From positions 3,286,001 to 3,350,000 of the forward strand of contig CAKKNE010000004.1 in the NCBI GenBank assembly GCA_918797485.1: 64,000 nt of DNA. The letters run 5' to 3'. Both the position numbers and the translations under genes were made by a program. This DNA comes from Pelagomonas calceolata (taxonomy: Eukaryota). The notes below the pieces were generated by a model. It ran no database searches. It saw nothing but the letters and a program-made list of their open reading frames with translations, and had not been told where the DNA came from. Below, piece after piece: positions 38,490 through 47,822 of this stretch (the stretch's first letter is position 1; every line of letters starts with the position of its first letter).

Positions 38490-40988
38490 ATGGAGCAGCA
38501 GCGGCCGCGGCGGCGCTGCTCGCTGGCGCGGGTGCTTGTGGGCGTCGTGATCTTCGCTCTGGTCGCCTTCGTCGCGACGCACGGCTGGCTTCAGTCGCTG
38601 CAAGACGTCGAGCGCGAGGTCGAGCACCTCTTTCATCCACACCAGATGGGGCGGGATCACTTCGTGCGCGCGCCCACGGACGGCGCGGACACGCTGTGTG
38701 ACGAAGGCGGCTGCCGCAGCGTACCGCAGCCCGAGCTCCCCGTCGAGGTGCAGACCGACGCCACCGACGACGTGAGCCGGCCCGGGACGCGCCAAAACGT
38801 GGCCGAGCGCGTCTACCACCGACGGAGGCAGGGCGACGGCAGCACGGCGGCCGAGGCCGCGGCGCGCGCCGAGGCCGAACGCAGAGCCGCCGAGGAGGGC
38901 GAGCGGAAGCGCGTCAAGGCCGCCGAAGCGGCTGCCGCGCGCGAGGCGCCGCGCGAGACGCGCCACCATTATCCAAGAGAGGACGACGGCGCGATACGGG
39001 CGCGGCGAGCAAGAGAGGTGCACCTGGGCATCAGGGACGCGGGCCCGCACGCGCTGGCCACGGGGTACACGGGCAGCGACTTTGTTGAAGAGGACAACGA
39101 TCCGAACGCTCCTGAAGATTTACAAAAACATTTCGAGGAGACGGCTGTATTGTGGGATCGCGTACGAAGGGAGCTCGACAAGCTGCCGATTCCGCTGGTC
39201 GAGGAACCAACAGGTAAAGAGTTATATCATCAGGGCTACGATCCGTGGGACTTTAAGTGTTACGACCTGTCCTGCCTCGAGGGGAGAAACCTGACTTACA
39301 CGCCGCCGCCCGGCGTCGTCGTGAGGGCGGGCGGCAAGCGCGAGTTCGATAATGAAGGTCCCAACGTGCACGAGTCGCTGCGGATGTTGGGAGGCAAACC
39401 AGCGACGGAGCTGCGCGAGTTCCCCGAGGTCGTCGCGAAAAGAAAAAGGGGCGAGAAGCCGTACCTCGATGATGATGATGAGGCCGGCGGCGCATCTCTC
39501 GAAGCGGCCGTGGACGTCGGTGTCAAAGCGACGCCCGCCCGCGGCGACGACGACGGAGAGAACGCGGCGCCGGCCGCGGTGTCGGATAAGAGCGCCGTCG
39601 TCTTCGCGGGCGGCTCGTGGGCGCCCACCGCGCAGACGGAGCGGACGACGCCGGCCCCCACCGCGCGGCCGAAGACGACGCTGACGACGCCCATCGCGTG
39701 CAAGTCCGCCGTCTACTGGCGCGCGCCCTCGCACGCCCGGTCTACGTTGCGAAGACGGCATCAATCGGAAACGCACGAAAAGCGCTATGTCACTTTCGAG
39801 CCGGACCACGGCGGCTGGAATAATATAAGGATGGGCATGGAGACGGCGGCGTTGTTCGCCTGGAGCACGGGTCGCATTTTGGTGCTACCGGCCAAAGCGC
39901 GACTGTACTTAGTAAGCAAAGCCTCAAAAGCCCACGGTCCTTTTGATTTTTATGATTTGGATTTGATCACGGAGGGCGGCGGTGTTACGACAACAGAGGA
40001 GTACCTCAAGGAGAGGACTGGGACATCAGTAGTCGAGGGGTGCGCTGACGAACACCTGGCGTCGTGCAAAGCCCTCCATTTCAAGCTGCGAGACCTGGCC
40101 CATACGGTGCTCTGGAAGCCTAGGACTGATTTCTTAGTACTTGGGACACGTTTTGGAGCGCCCGACGACACGACGACTCGTAGTATAAAAAAGCACGCCG
40201 CCGGCCGCAAGCTCGTGGATGTTGATAGACATCCCTCACATAACGCTACTACTATACATTTCGCGACCGATGCAAAGCGGGATTTGCGCTTCCTGACGCA
40301 CTTTTATACCTTTATGCGGTGGTCTAGAGCTGATATGGGACGAGCTGCTCGAAGAGTCGCGAGGGACGAGTTACGATATCGGCGCGAGATCCAATGTGCC
40401 GCCGCGGAGGTCATTGATCTACTCAAGGAGAAAGCCCATGGAAGGAACTGGACGGCGATCCACGTGCGGCGGGGCGACTTCCAATTCACCGAGGCGAAGG
40501 TCGACGCGAACGCGGTCCTCAAAGCCGTCGATAGTGTGGCCCAGGATTCGTTGATCTATGTCGCTACGGACGAGCGGAAACGCGACTTCTTCGCTCCGCT
40601 CGCGCAGAAGTATTCACTGGTATTTCTCGACGATCTGGCGACGAAGGGTTCCAAACTCCAGGCCGCATTGCTCGAGGACCCGAACTGGGCCGGCATGGTC
40701 GAGCAGCTCATCTGTGGGGCTGCGCCCGTCTTCCTGGGCACGTGGTGGTCGACGTTCACGGGGTACATTACGCGCATACGAGGGTATCGAGGCTTGCGTC
40801 CATCGACGTTTTACGTGTTGCCCAAATATAGAGACGCGTTCATCAAGACGTCGAAGCCCGTCGGCGGCGCGGCGTGGTGGCGCGAGTGGCCGACGGGCTT
40901 CGAGGATATTGATGACGATCATAGGTTGTTCGCCTTCGCGCGGGAGATGAGCGGTCATCGTCATCAAGATTGGCACGACGCCGAGTAA
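38490..40988 (+). CDS. Type II membrane O-fucosyltransferase-like glycosyltransferase
   Basis: N-terminal anchor; YVTFEPDHGGWNNIRMGME, TGRILVLP, AIHVRRGDFQ, YVATDE, MVEQLIC, FLGTWWSTFTGYI. Confidence 0.88.
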   Translation: MEQQRPRRRCSLARVLVGVVIFALVAFVATHGWLQSLQDVEREVEHLFHPHQMGRDHFVRAPTDGADTLCDEGGCRSVPQPELPVEVQTDATDDVSRPGTRQNVAERVYHRRRQGDGSTAAEAAARAEAERRAAEEGERKRVKAAEAAAAREAPRETRHHYPREDDGAIRARRAREVHLGIRDAGPHALATGYTGSDFVEEDNDPNAPEDLQKHFEETAVLWDRVRRELDKLPIPLVEEPTGKELYHQGYDPWDFKCYDLSCLEGRNLTYTPPPGVVVRAGGKREFDNEGPNVHESLRMLGGKPATELREFPEVVAKRKRGEKPYLDDDDEAGGASLEAAVDVGVKATPARGDDDGENAAPAAVSDKSAVVFAGGSWAPTAQTERTTPAPTARPKTTLTTPIACKSAVYWRAPSHARSTLRRRHQSETHEKRYVTFEPDHGGWNNIRMGMETAALFAWSTGRILVLPAKARLYLVSKASKAHGPFDFYDLDLITEGGGVTTTEEYLKERTGTSVVEGCADEHLASCKALHFKLRDLAHTVLWKPRTDFLVLGTRFGAPDDTTTRSIKKHAAGRKLVDVDRHPSHNATTIHFATDAKRDLRFLTHFYTFMRWSRADMGRAARRVARDELRYRREIQCAAAEVIDLLKEKAHGRNWTAIHVRRGDFQFTEAKVDANAVLKAVDSVAQDSLIYVATDERKRDFFAPLAQKYSLVFLDDLATKGSKLQAALLEDPNWAGMVEQLICGAAPVFLGTWWSTFTGYITRIRGYRGLRPSTFYVLPKYRDAFIKTSKPVGGAAWWREWPTGFEDIDDDHRLFAFAREMSGHRHQDWHDAE

Positions 40989-41080
40989 TCTTAGGTTGTG
41001 ATTATTATTTTTTTGCTAGTGTCTTGTCATGAGTCAGTTCGGCAATGAGTCTGAGGAGATACGTAGGGCTCCGCGCGCGG

Positions 41081-41100
41081 GCTAGCGGTAAGATACTAGC
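41081..41100. promoter_or_regulatory. CTAG-bracketed motif copy (GCTAGCGGTAAGATACTAGC); half-site also at 41015
   Basis: 200 nt upstream of ATG 41301. Confidence 0.6.
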
Positions 41101-41300
41101 AACAACAACACAAAAAACGAAAACAAGGCTCAGCGGGCGCGCTGGTGCGCAGCAGACGCGAGCGCTCGACCATCTGGGCGAGCAGTACGTCCTCTTCAGC
41201 GCCGGCCAGCCCTTGAGGTCAGCGCTGCAGTTGTGCTGCGCGAGGGGCCTGCTTTGGAGGTCGCCTTGTCCAGCGCTCTCGTCCGGCGTCTACGGCAAAC

Positions 41301-43487
41301 ATGGTACAAGGAGGAAACCCGCGCGGCAAGAGCAAGCGCGGCGCGCGCGCGCTCGCCAGCATAAAAGGCGGCGAGGCGGTTCCGCCGGAGCAGAACGCGA
41401 CGGCCTGGGCCCAGCGCCTAGGAATCACGGATCCAAAGGCCATGAAGGCGTTCATTATTGATTTCCTGCGCCTCGAGCCGGCCACGCAAGGCCTGCCCGT
41501 GCCGCCGTCCGATGGCTCACGCTGTACAATCTGCCGGCGGAAGCTGTTTCTCGACTCGCACAACAAGTTCGAGTGCAACGGGCTCTGCACCTCCGGCGTC
41601 AAGGCCAAGACTATTTTGGCGCTCCGGGGCCAGGGAAAAACGATATCGGTGGGGCGGACCGGCGGCCAACACGTGACGACCTACAAAACGATGAGCGAGC
41701 ACGCGCGGGAGTGGCACCGGCGCATCGGCGGCGGCGTCGACGTCCAGACCTTCGCGACGTTCTGGGCAAGCCTGCCGGCCGAGTACCGCGCGACGACGGC
41801 GCCGCCGTCCGAGGGCGAGCCCTGCCCGCACTGCAAGAAGCCGATCAAGTTCCAGCGCAAGATGGTCTGGCGCGGCTCGACGCTGTCGAAGACGCGCATG
41901 AAGTCGGAAAGCACGGGCGGGAAACTCAGCGAGAAGTGCGACGGCGCGTGCAACGTCCAGAACGGCAAGGGCGTCGTCATCATCCTGAACGCCTGGACCG
42001 ACGCCGGCCACGCCTTCGTCGAACTAAAGGACCCGGCCGCCGAGCCGCGCCAGCCGCCGCGCCGCGCGGCGCCCAAGAAGAAGCCCCGCGCGCCGGCGCC
42101 GGCACCGGCGCCGCCGCCGGCCGAGGTCGACCTCGACGCGTGCACGCTGCACAAACCCCAAAAGGAGGAGGAGAAGCGGGACGTGAGTCCGCGGCCGAAG
42201 TCCCGGCCGAAGGCGCGGCGGGCGACGCAAGCGGCTCCCAAGGACTGGTTCCAGGCGCCGACGCGGCAGGAGGCGCTCGACGCCGCCGCTGAGAGCGAGC
42301 CGCGCCGGCAGCGGACCGGGTCCGCGTGGAGCGCGTCGTCCGAGAAGGCGGCGCCGGCGCCCTCGACGCGGGGCCTCGTCGTCGTTTGCGTGGGCTTACC
42401 GGGCGCCGGGAAGAGTACTTTCTTCCAGAAGCACTTTGCGGCCGTTCCCGGCATCGTCCGGTGTTGCCAGGACGTACTTAAATCTCGGCAGCGCGTCATA
42501 GACGCGGTCGACGCGGCCCTCCAGCGCGGCGACGCGGCGTTTGTCGATCGTACGAACGTCAATAAGGAGCAGCGCGCGCATTGGGTGCGCCTTGCAAAGC
42601 GTCATGGCGCCCGGTGCGTGGCGCTCGAGTTCCGGACGCCTGCTGACTTATGCGCACAGCGCTGCGAGGCGCGCGAGAACCATGAAGGAGGGGTCGATCG
42701 CACGAACCGCGAGTGTCGGCGCATCGTCCGCATCATGAGCGACGAGTTTCGCCCGATCCGGAAAAACGAGGGCTTTGATCAGATCTTCTGCGTCGACGAG
42801 GACTATGCTCCGACCAAGTCCGTGGCGGCGATCAAGGGCATGATTCCCTACCGCCCCGGCGCGACGAGCGTCGACGCGGCGGCGCCCGCGTTCGTCCCCG
42901 GCGCGCCACCGCCGGCGAACCCGACGTGGGTCCACTCCTCTTCGAGGTTCGTGCCGCCGCCGGCCGCACAACCCCCGCGGTGGGCGCCTCCGCAGGAAGA
43001 CGCTGATTTGGCGCGGGCGTTGGCGGCGTCGCGCGCCGACATGCACGCGCGGCCGCCGCCGGTCCCGTCGGTGGACGCGGACCTCGAGCGCGCTCTTGCC
43101 GCGTCGGTCGCCGAGAGCTACGCGCCGAGCTACGTGCAGTCGACGGCCGACATCGTCGACGACGACGCCGACGACGACTTCGACCTGCGCCGGGCCCTGG
43201 CCGCCTCGCTGGCGGAGACGCGGCCGGCGACCTCCTACTACGCGCCGCCACCGGCCGCGTCCTACGCGCCGCCGCCGGCATCCTACGCGCCGCCGCCGCC
43301 CGCCGGCCCGCGCGGCGAGGCCGAGGTGTTGCTGCGCGAGATGGGCATCTCGCCGCACCTCGCGGACCTCTTCGTGCAGCAGGAGATCAGCCGCGACGTC
43401 GCCCAGGCCGTCGAGCGCGCCGACCTCGAGGGCCTCCTGTCGGAGCCCGACATCCAGAAGTTCCTACGCTGGCAGCGCGTGCACTAG
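41301..43487 (+). CDS. Multidomain protein: duplicated Cys4 module, AAA_33/PNK-like P-loop kinase, PAM2-like motif, 3 UIMs, SAM-like tail
   Basis: VGLPGAGKSTF, CQDVL, VDRTNVNKEQRAHW, C..RC..RENH; DAAAPAFVPG; DADLARALAAS / DADLERALAAS / DFDLRRALAAS. Confidence 0.8.
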   Translation: MVQGGNPRGKSKRGARALASIKGGEAVPPEQNATAWAQRLGITDPKAMKAFIIDFLRLEPATQGLPVPPSDGSRCTICRRKLFLDSHNKFECNGLCTSGVKAKTILALRGQGKTISVGRTGGQHVTTYKTMSEHAREWHRRIGGGVDVQTFATFWASLPAEYRATTAPPSEGEPCPHCKKPIKFQRKMVWRGSTLSKTRMKSESTGGKLSEKCDGACNVQNGKGVVIILNAWTDAGHAFVELKDPAAEPRQPPRRAAPKKKPRAPAPAPAPPPAEVDLDACTLHKPQKEEEKRDVSPRPKSRPKARRATQAAPKDWFQAPTRQEALDAAAESEPRRQRTGSAWSASSEKAAPAPSTRGLVVVCVGLPGAGKSTFFQKHFAAVPGIVRCCQDVLKSRQRVIDAVDAALQRGDAAFVDRTNVNKEQRAHWVRLAKRHGARCVALEFRTPADLCAQRCEARENHEGGVDRTNRECRRIVRIMSDEFRPIRKNEGFDQIFCVDEDYAPTKSVAAIKGMIPYRPGATSVDAAAPAFVPGAPPPANPTWVHSSSRFVPPPAAQPPRWAPPQEDADLARALAASRADMHARPPPVPSVDADLERALAASVAESYAPSYVQSTADIVDDDADDDFDLRRALAASLAETRPATSYYAPPPAASYAPPPASYAPPPPAGPRGEAEVLLREMGISPHLADLFVQQEISRDVAQAVERADLEGLLSEPDIQKFLRWQRVH

Positions 43488-43559
43488 CATGTGTCGAGCA
43501 CGCGCGTCGATGACGTGCACCGGCGGACTAGGTAGTAATTGTTGACAGTTATTCTAGAA

Positions 43560-44042
43560 TTAGTCTGGCATGTCTGCCTGATCCGGGATATCAGCCTGGT
43601 ACTGGGCCCCGACGCGTGACGCAGGCGGAAGCGGCTCGCGGGGCGCCGGAGCCTGCGGAGGCGGTGGCGGTTGCGGCGCGTCCGGCGTCGGGTCGGGGTC
43701 CTCCTTCGCATACCCACAATAGCCGTACTTCTTGCAAACCGCAATATGCTCCACCACCCTCTCCCGCAACGCCTTCATCTCGCGCAGCTTCGCCTCGAGC
43801 TCCTCGACCTCGCGCTCGTCCCTTCCTCTTTTTTTGAGGGGGTTCCCGTCCCTTCTACGTTTCCCCGGCGCCGGTCTGTTGGCAGGGTCGTCCTCCCAGG
43901 CCGCCTGGGCCCTTTGCCGTCGCACGTCGGCCTGGATCGCGCGCACCATTTGAGGTGTTGGCACGGGCCCGTTCTCCGTCATGGTCCAGGACTGGGGTGG
44001 CGGCGCCGGCGCCGGCGCTTCGGCCGGCGGCGTCTCCTCCAT
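43560..44042 (-). CDS. Small protein ending in an ELM2-like motif
   Basis: SRVGAQYQADIPD at the C-terminus; short coiled coil; start uncertain. Confidence 0.55.
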   Translation of the reverse strand: MEETPPAEAPAPAPPPQSWTMTENGPVPTPQMVRAIQADVRRQRAQAAWEDDPANRPAPGKRRRDGNPLKKRGRDEREVEELEAKLREMKALRERVVEHIAVCKKYGYCGYAKEDPDPTPDAPQPPPPPQAPAPREPLPPASRVGAQYQADIPDQADMPD

Positions 44043-44629
44043 ACCTACGTGCATCAGAACCACAGAGATAAGAAAGGTGAATCTACACGGCCGTTTTGGC
44101 TTCGGTTGTAGCTTGTAAATTCGTTGTTCGTCACTTGCACGAAGGAAAGCCTCAGCTTCTATGGGTGTGTGGAGTAGTAGTGGTCCGCACTGCGGTTCTC
44201 GGTGCCGGCTCGCGCGCCTCGCGGCGGTTGAGTCCGTAGGGTTTCAAGTCATCGGCCCTCTCGTTTGTGTGCAGACATTTGATTGGAGGACGCGGGGTCG
44301 CACTTTTGCTTCTGTGGAGCGGTGCGTGCGCCTAAGCGCCGCTGCGGCCGGCGCGTTTTGCTGCAAAAGAGCGAGGGAGCAGTTTTGGGTGCCTTGTATG
44401 CCACCGCGAGCGAAGGCAGTCGGCACAGCGTTCCGCAGTTGTCAAACGAGTTCCAAAACGGCAGTTGCAGGCGCACCAGCCTGTTAACAGCTTGCGTACG
44501 GCCGCCGGCAAGCCAAAATGTGCTGTAGGGCACGGGTTTTCAGCGTTAAACGCCCAGCCTTCCGTGCGTGTCTACACACGTACCGGGAGCCTCGGAAAGC
44601 TCCTGGCCATTGACGCCGGGGCGGTGCCT

Positions 44630-44653
44630 GCTAGCGGCCCGTGAGACACTAGC
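44630..44653. promoter_or_regulatory. CTAG-bracketed motif copy (GCTAGCGGCCCGTGAGACACTAGC)
   Basis: Divergent region 44042/44917. Confidence 0.6.
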
Positions 44654-44916
44654 CAAGCAAACACAGCGGGAGAGCATATTGTTGCCAGGCGCGTTGGGAG
44701 CCAGGGCCACCCCAAAGCGCCCGATACCAGTGGGAGGCTGCCCCAGAGGCACAACGAAGGCGTGGCCGCGTCAGAGAGCGCCGCGCGAAGGCAGCCCCAT
44801 TGGAGCGCCCACAAGCCCCAAAACAACACGATGGGACGACGAGAGCGTAGTTGAGCGGTCACGGACGCTAGACTAACCCTTGCGACGGCGAAGCTGTGTA
44901 CGCTGGGACGCCGGTG

Positions 44917-47737
44917 ATGTCGGAGACCGAGGAGCAGCTCAAGGCGCGCATCAGGAGGGAGGCGAAGGAGCTCAATGAAAGAGTCGCGCGCGAGGCCGCG
45001 GAGGCGAGGGAACGATTGCGTAACAAGCCCGACTCCCCGCGGCACGTCACGTTCTCGGATGAACCGCCGCCCGTCACAAAGAAGCGCCCTACCTACCACT
45101 CGGGACCGCTCGAGTCGAAGCACGGGTCTTGGACCCTCACCGACAAGGAAAAAGCCGAGTCCTCCTTCCATGAAGAGCGATTAGCAGTCAAAGAGAAGCC
45201 AAAGGAAGACAAAATAGTAGTAAAAGAGGAATATACAGGACACGCCTTCGGCGCGAAGCACGACAAGGAGCGAAGCACGGGTTTCGGCGACACGAGCAAG
45301 GAGGCCGCGATGCCCATGCACCTGAGGTTGCGAGACAATCGCAAGGGCGCCATGGTGCTCAACAAGCAGGGCGGCAAGTCTCCCTGGCGCGTGTCTTGCG
45401 AAGTGGGGGATCTCGAGGGGGAGTGGGAGTCTGAAAGGAAGTTGTGCTTTGACTCGTTGCAGCGCATCCGGAAGCGCGACGAGGACGGCAACCTCGAGCC
45501 AGGCTACGACGAGGACATCCTGCCGCACCAGTTGAAGCACGCGAATGACCGGCATAAAGTCAAGGCGACGCACGGCGTGCCCGATAGGACATTGAGAAGA
45601 TACAAGGGCGAGTGCGACGAGACGTTAGCTGGCACGAATGCCAAACGAAAAAAGTGGAAACGACTGGAAGCGGCACCGTCCGTCGATCCCATGGAGGTCG
45701 GCGACGACGCGGACCACATGCGCGCCATCGCCAAAAAAAAGAAAGATGAATTGGAAAGGGCCGCGGCGAAGATGCGCGCTCGCGTCGAGGCGTACGAAAC
45801 TGTGTGGAAATCAAATTTCGGGCGCCCCGTGACTGCGTCTGCTCGATGGCGTGGAGACCTCCGCGGAGCGTCGCGGTCGCTCGACTCGTCCGAATGGCCT
45901 CAAAACTCGTCTGATGGACACGAGTCGCGTCGATGGCGTGAAGGCGGCGCAGAACTCACGGGTCGATGTCCACGCAGGTACGAGAATCGGATGATCGACG
46001 ACGAAAGTGACCAGATCCCGAAGCCCGAAGGTATGTTGAGCTTGGAGTTGAAGCAGAAGCGCTTGCAGGCCGAGGGCAAGGACTTGTACGGTCGCGAGGC
46101 CTATGAGTTGCAATTTCTGTCGATACGGTGGATCGACAAGAAGATGATCCGCGAGCGGCAGAAGAAGCGGGAGGCCCAACTGGCGTTGAGGGAGCGGTGG
46201 AAGAACTCCGTGAAGGTCGACGAGAAGAAGGCGGAGACGTTCCTCGAGAGGGTCAAGAAGCGGCTGTTGCGACTCGTGCTCGGCGAGAAGGCCGTGTCGC
46301 GAAGCATGAAGGGCAAGGGCGACCCGGCCTTCGAGAAGCGCATGAAGGTTTTGAATTTAGCTCGCACTTGTTTCATGATCATGGATGCTGATGACAGTGG
46401 CACGTTGTCGCGGGACGAGATCCTCACAGCGGTCAAGGAGGACAAACGGGTCCTAGGCTTCCTCCGGGAGTGCAAGGAGGAGGTTTTACGTGATTTGATG
46501 GTGCCAGAGAAACTAGAAGAAAACTTGGAGAAGATGGACACGGACAAGTCGGGAGCTGTGTGGAAATCAACCAGTGCGTCGGGTGCACCCGACAATTCTT
46601 CACTAAGTCATTTCTCGGCGATGACGCGGCCGTGCTGGCTCGGTCGAGCGGTGAGGAACGAGCATCACCACGCCATCGAGCAGGCTTCGCGTCGATGGCG
46701 TGGAGGACGACGCGATGATTCAGCACGAACGCGCCGTAAAATTTTGATTTCCACACAGGTCCGGAGAAATTGATATGGAGGAGTGGATCAATGCGGTGAC
46801 TTTATCGTTGAATGCGGAGATGGAGAAGGAGAAGGAATTGAGGGAGAAGGCGGCGGCGGCGCTGGCCGAGGTCCTTGAGGGCGAGGACCTGGACGCGATC
46901 GAGGCGGCTTTACAGGAGGCGGTGGCAAAGGGCGTGGCCGAGGAGGTTTTGGCGAAGGCCCGGGCGACGCACAAGAAGCTCGAGAGGAAGCAGAGGGGCA
47001 GCCGATTCAGCCGGGGCAGCCGCGCCAGCCGCGCGAGCCGGGGCAGCCGCGACAGCCTACCGGACGAGGAGCGCTCCGTCAAATCAGACGTACTGAGCGT
47101 GCACGCCGACGACGCGGCCGCTCCGGCGCCGGCGCCGGCGGCGCCGGCGCCGATCGAGGACGAGGCGGCCCCGCCCTCGTCGGCGGCCGGTCGCATGGAA
47201 CAAGCTTCTGAGAGGCCGAAGACGTCGCGCGGGCCCTCGACGCCTCGAAAGAAGAATCGCGGGTGGCTTGGTTTCGGCAAGAAGGAGACGCCCGTGTCGC
47301 CGCCGAGCGCCGCCGTCTCGCCGGAGAAGGCGGGTCCCGAGGCGCCGGCGACACCCGGCGGGCCCGCCGAGGCGCCGGCCGAGGCGCCGGCCGAGGCGGA
47401 TCGCCTCGCGCGAGCGGCCGCGGAGCGATTGGCGGCAGAGCAGGCCCGCGAGGCCAAAGAGAAAGAATACGCCGAGGCCGAGGCCGCGCGCGTCGCCGCG
47501 GAGGAGCGACGCGCCGCGGACGAGGCGCTGGCCGCGAAGGTCGCGGCCGAGGAGAAGGCCAAGGATGATGAGGTCGCCGCGCGGGCCAACAAGCCCCAGA
47601 TCGACGCCATCCTGGCCGACCGCGACACGTCGAAGCAGCAGAAGATCCTGGCGATCAACCGCCTCAAAGACCTCCCGGCGACCGTGAAACAAAGAGCGAT
47701 GCAGGCGGCGCAGACGGGCAAGGACTTCACGATCTAG
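44917..47737 (+). CDS. EF-hand pair / coiled-coil protein; exons 44917-45791, 45978-46547, 46759-47737 (807 aa)
   Basis: EF1 is MDADDSGTLSRDE. Removing intron 46548-46758 restores EF2 (MDTDKSGEIDMEEW) and joins ORFs 44896-46773 and 46775-47737. Confidence 0.85.
45792..45977 (+). mobile_element. Introner-type intron (186 nt)
   Basis: GT..AG; TSD GTACGAAA/GTACGAGA; left TIR CTGTGTGGAAATC, right end GATGTCCACGCAG. Splicing gives EAYENRM. Confidence 0.85.
46548..46758 (+). mobile_element. Introner-type intron (211 nt)
   Basis: Perfect 15-bp TIR CTGTGTGGAAATCAA/TTGATTTCCACACAG; TSD GTCGGGAG/GTCCGGAG. Removal restores the EF-hand loop and the reading frame. Confidence 0.93.
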
Positions 47738-47759
47738 CACTAAGACTCAAGAAAGATTA

Positions 47760-47815
47760 ACACTCGGGGCGACGGCGTATTGGGGCCGGGGGTGGGACGG
47801 GCGTTGCAAAGCAAG
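47760..47815 (-). repeat. Convergent-3'-end dispersed repeat, copy B (internally deleted)
   Basis: Reverse complement reads CTTGCTTTGC-AACGCCCGTCCCACCCCCGGCCCCAATACGCCGTCGCCCCGAGTGT, matching both ends of copy A. Confidence 0.7.
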
Positions 47816-47822
47816 ACTACTA

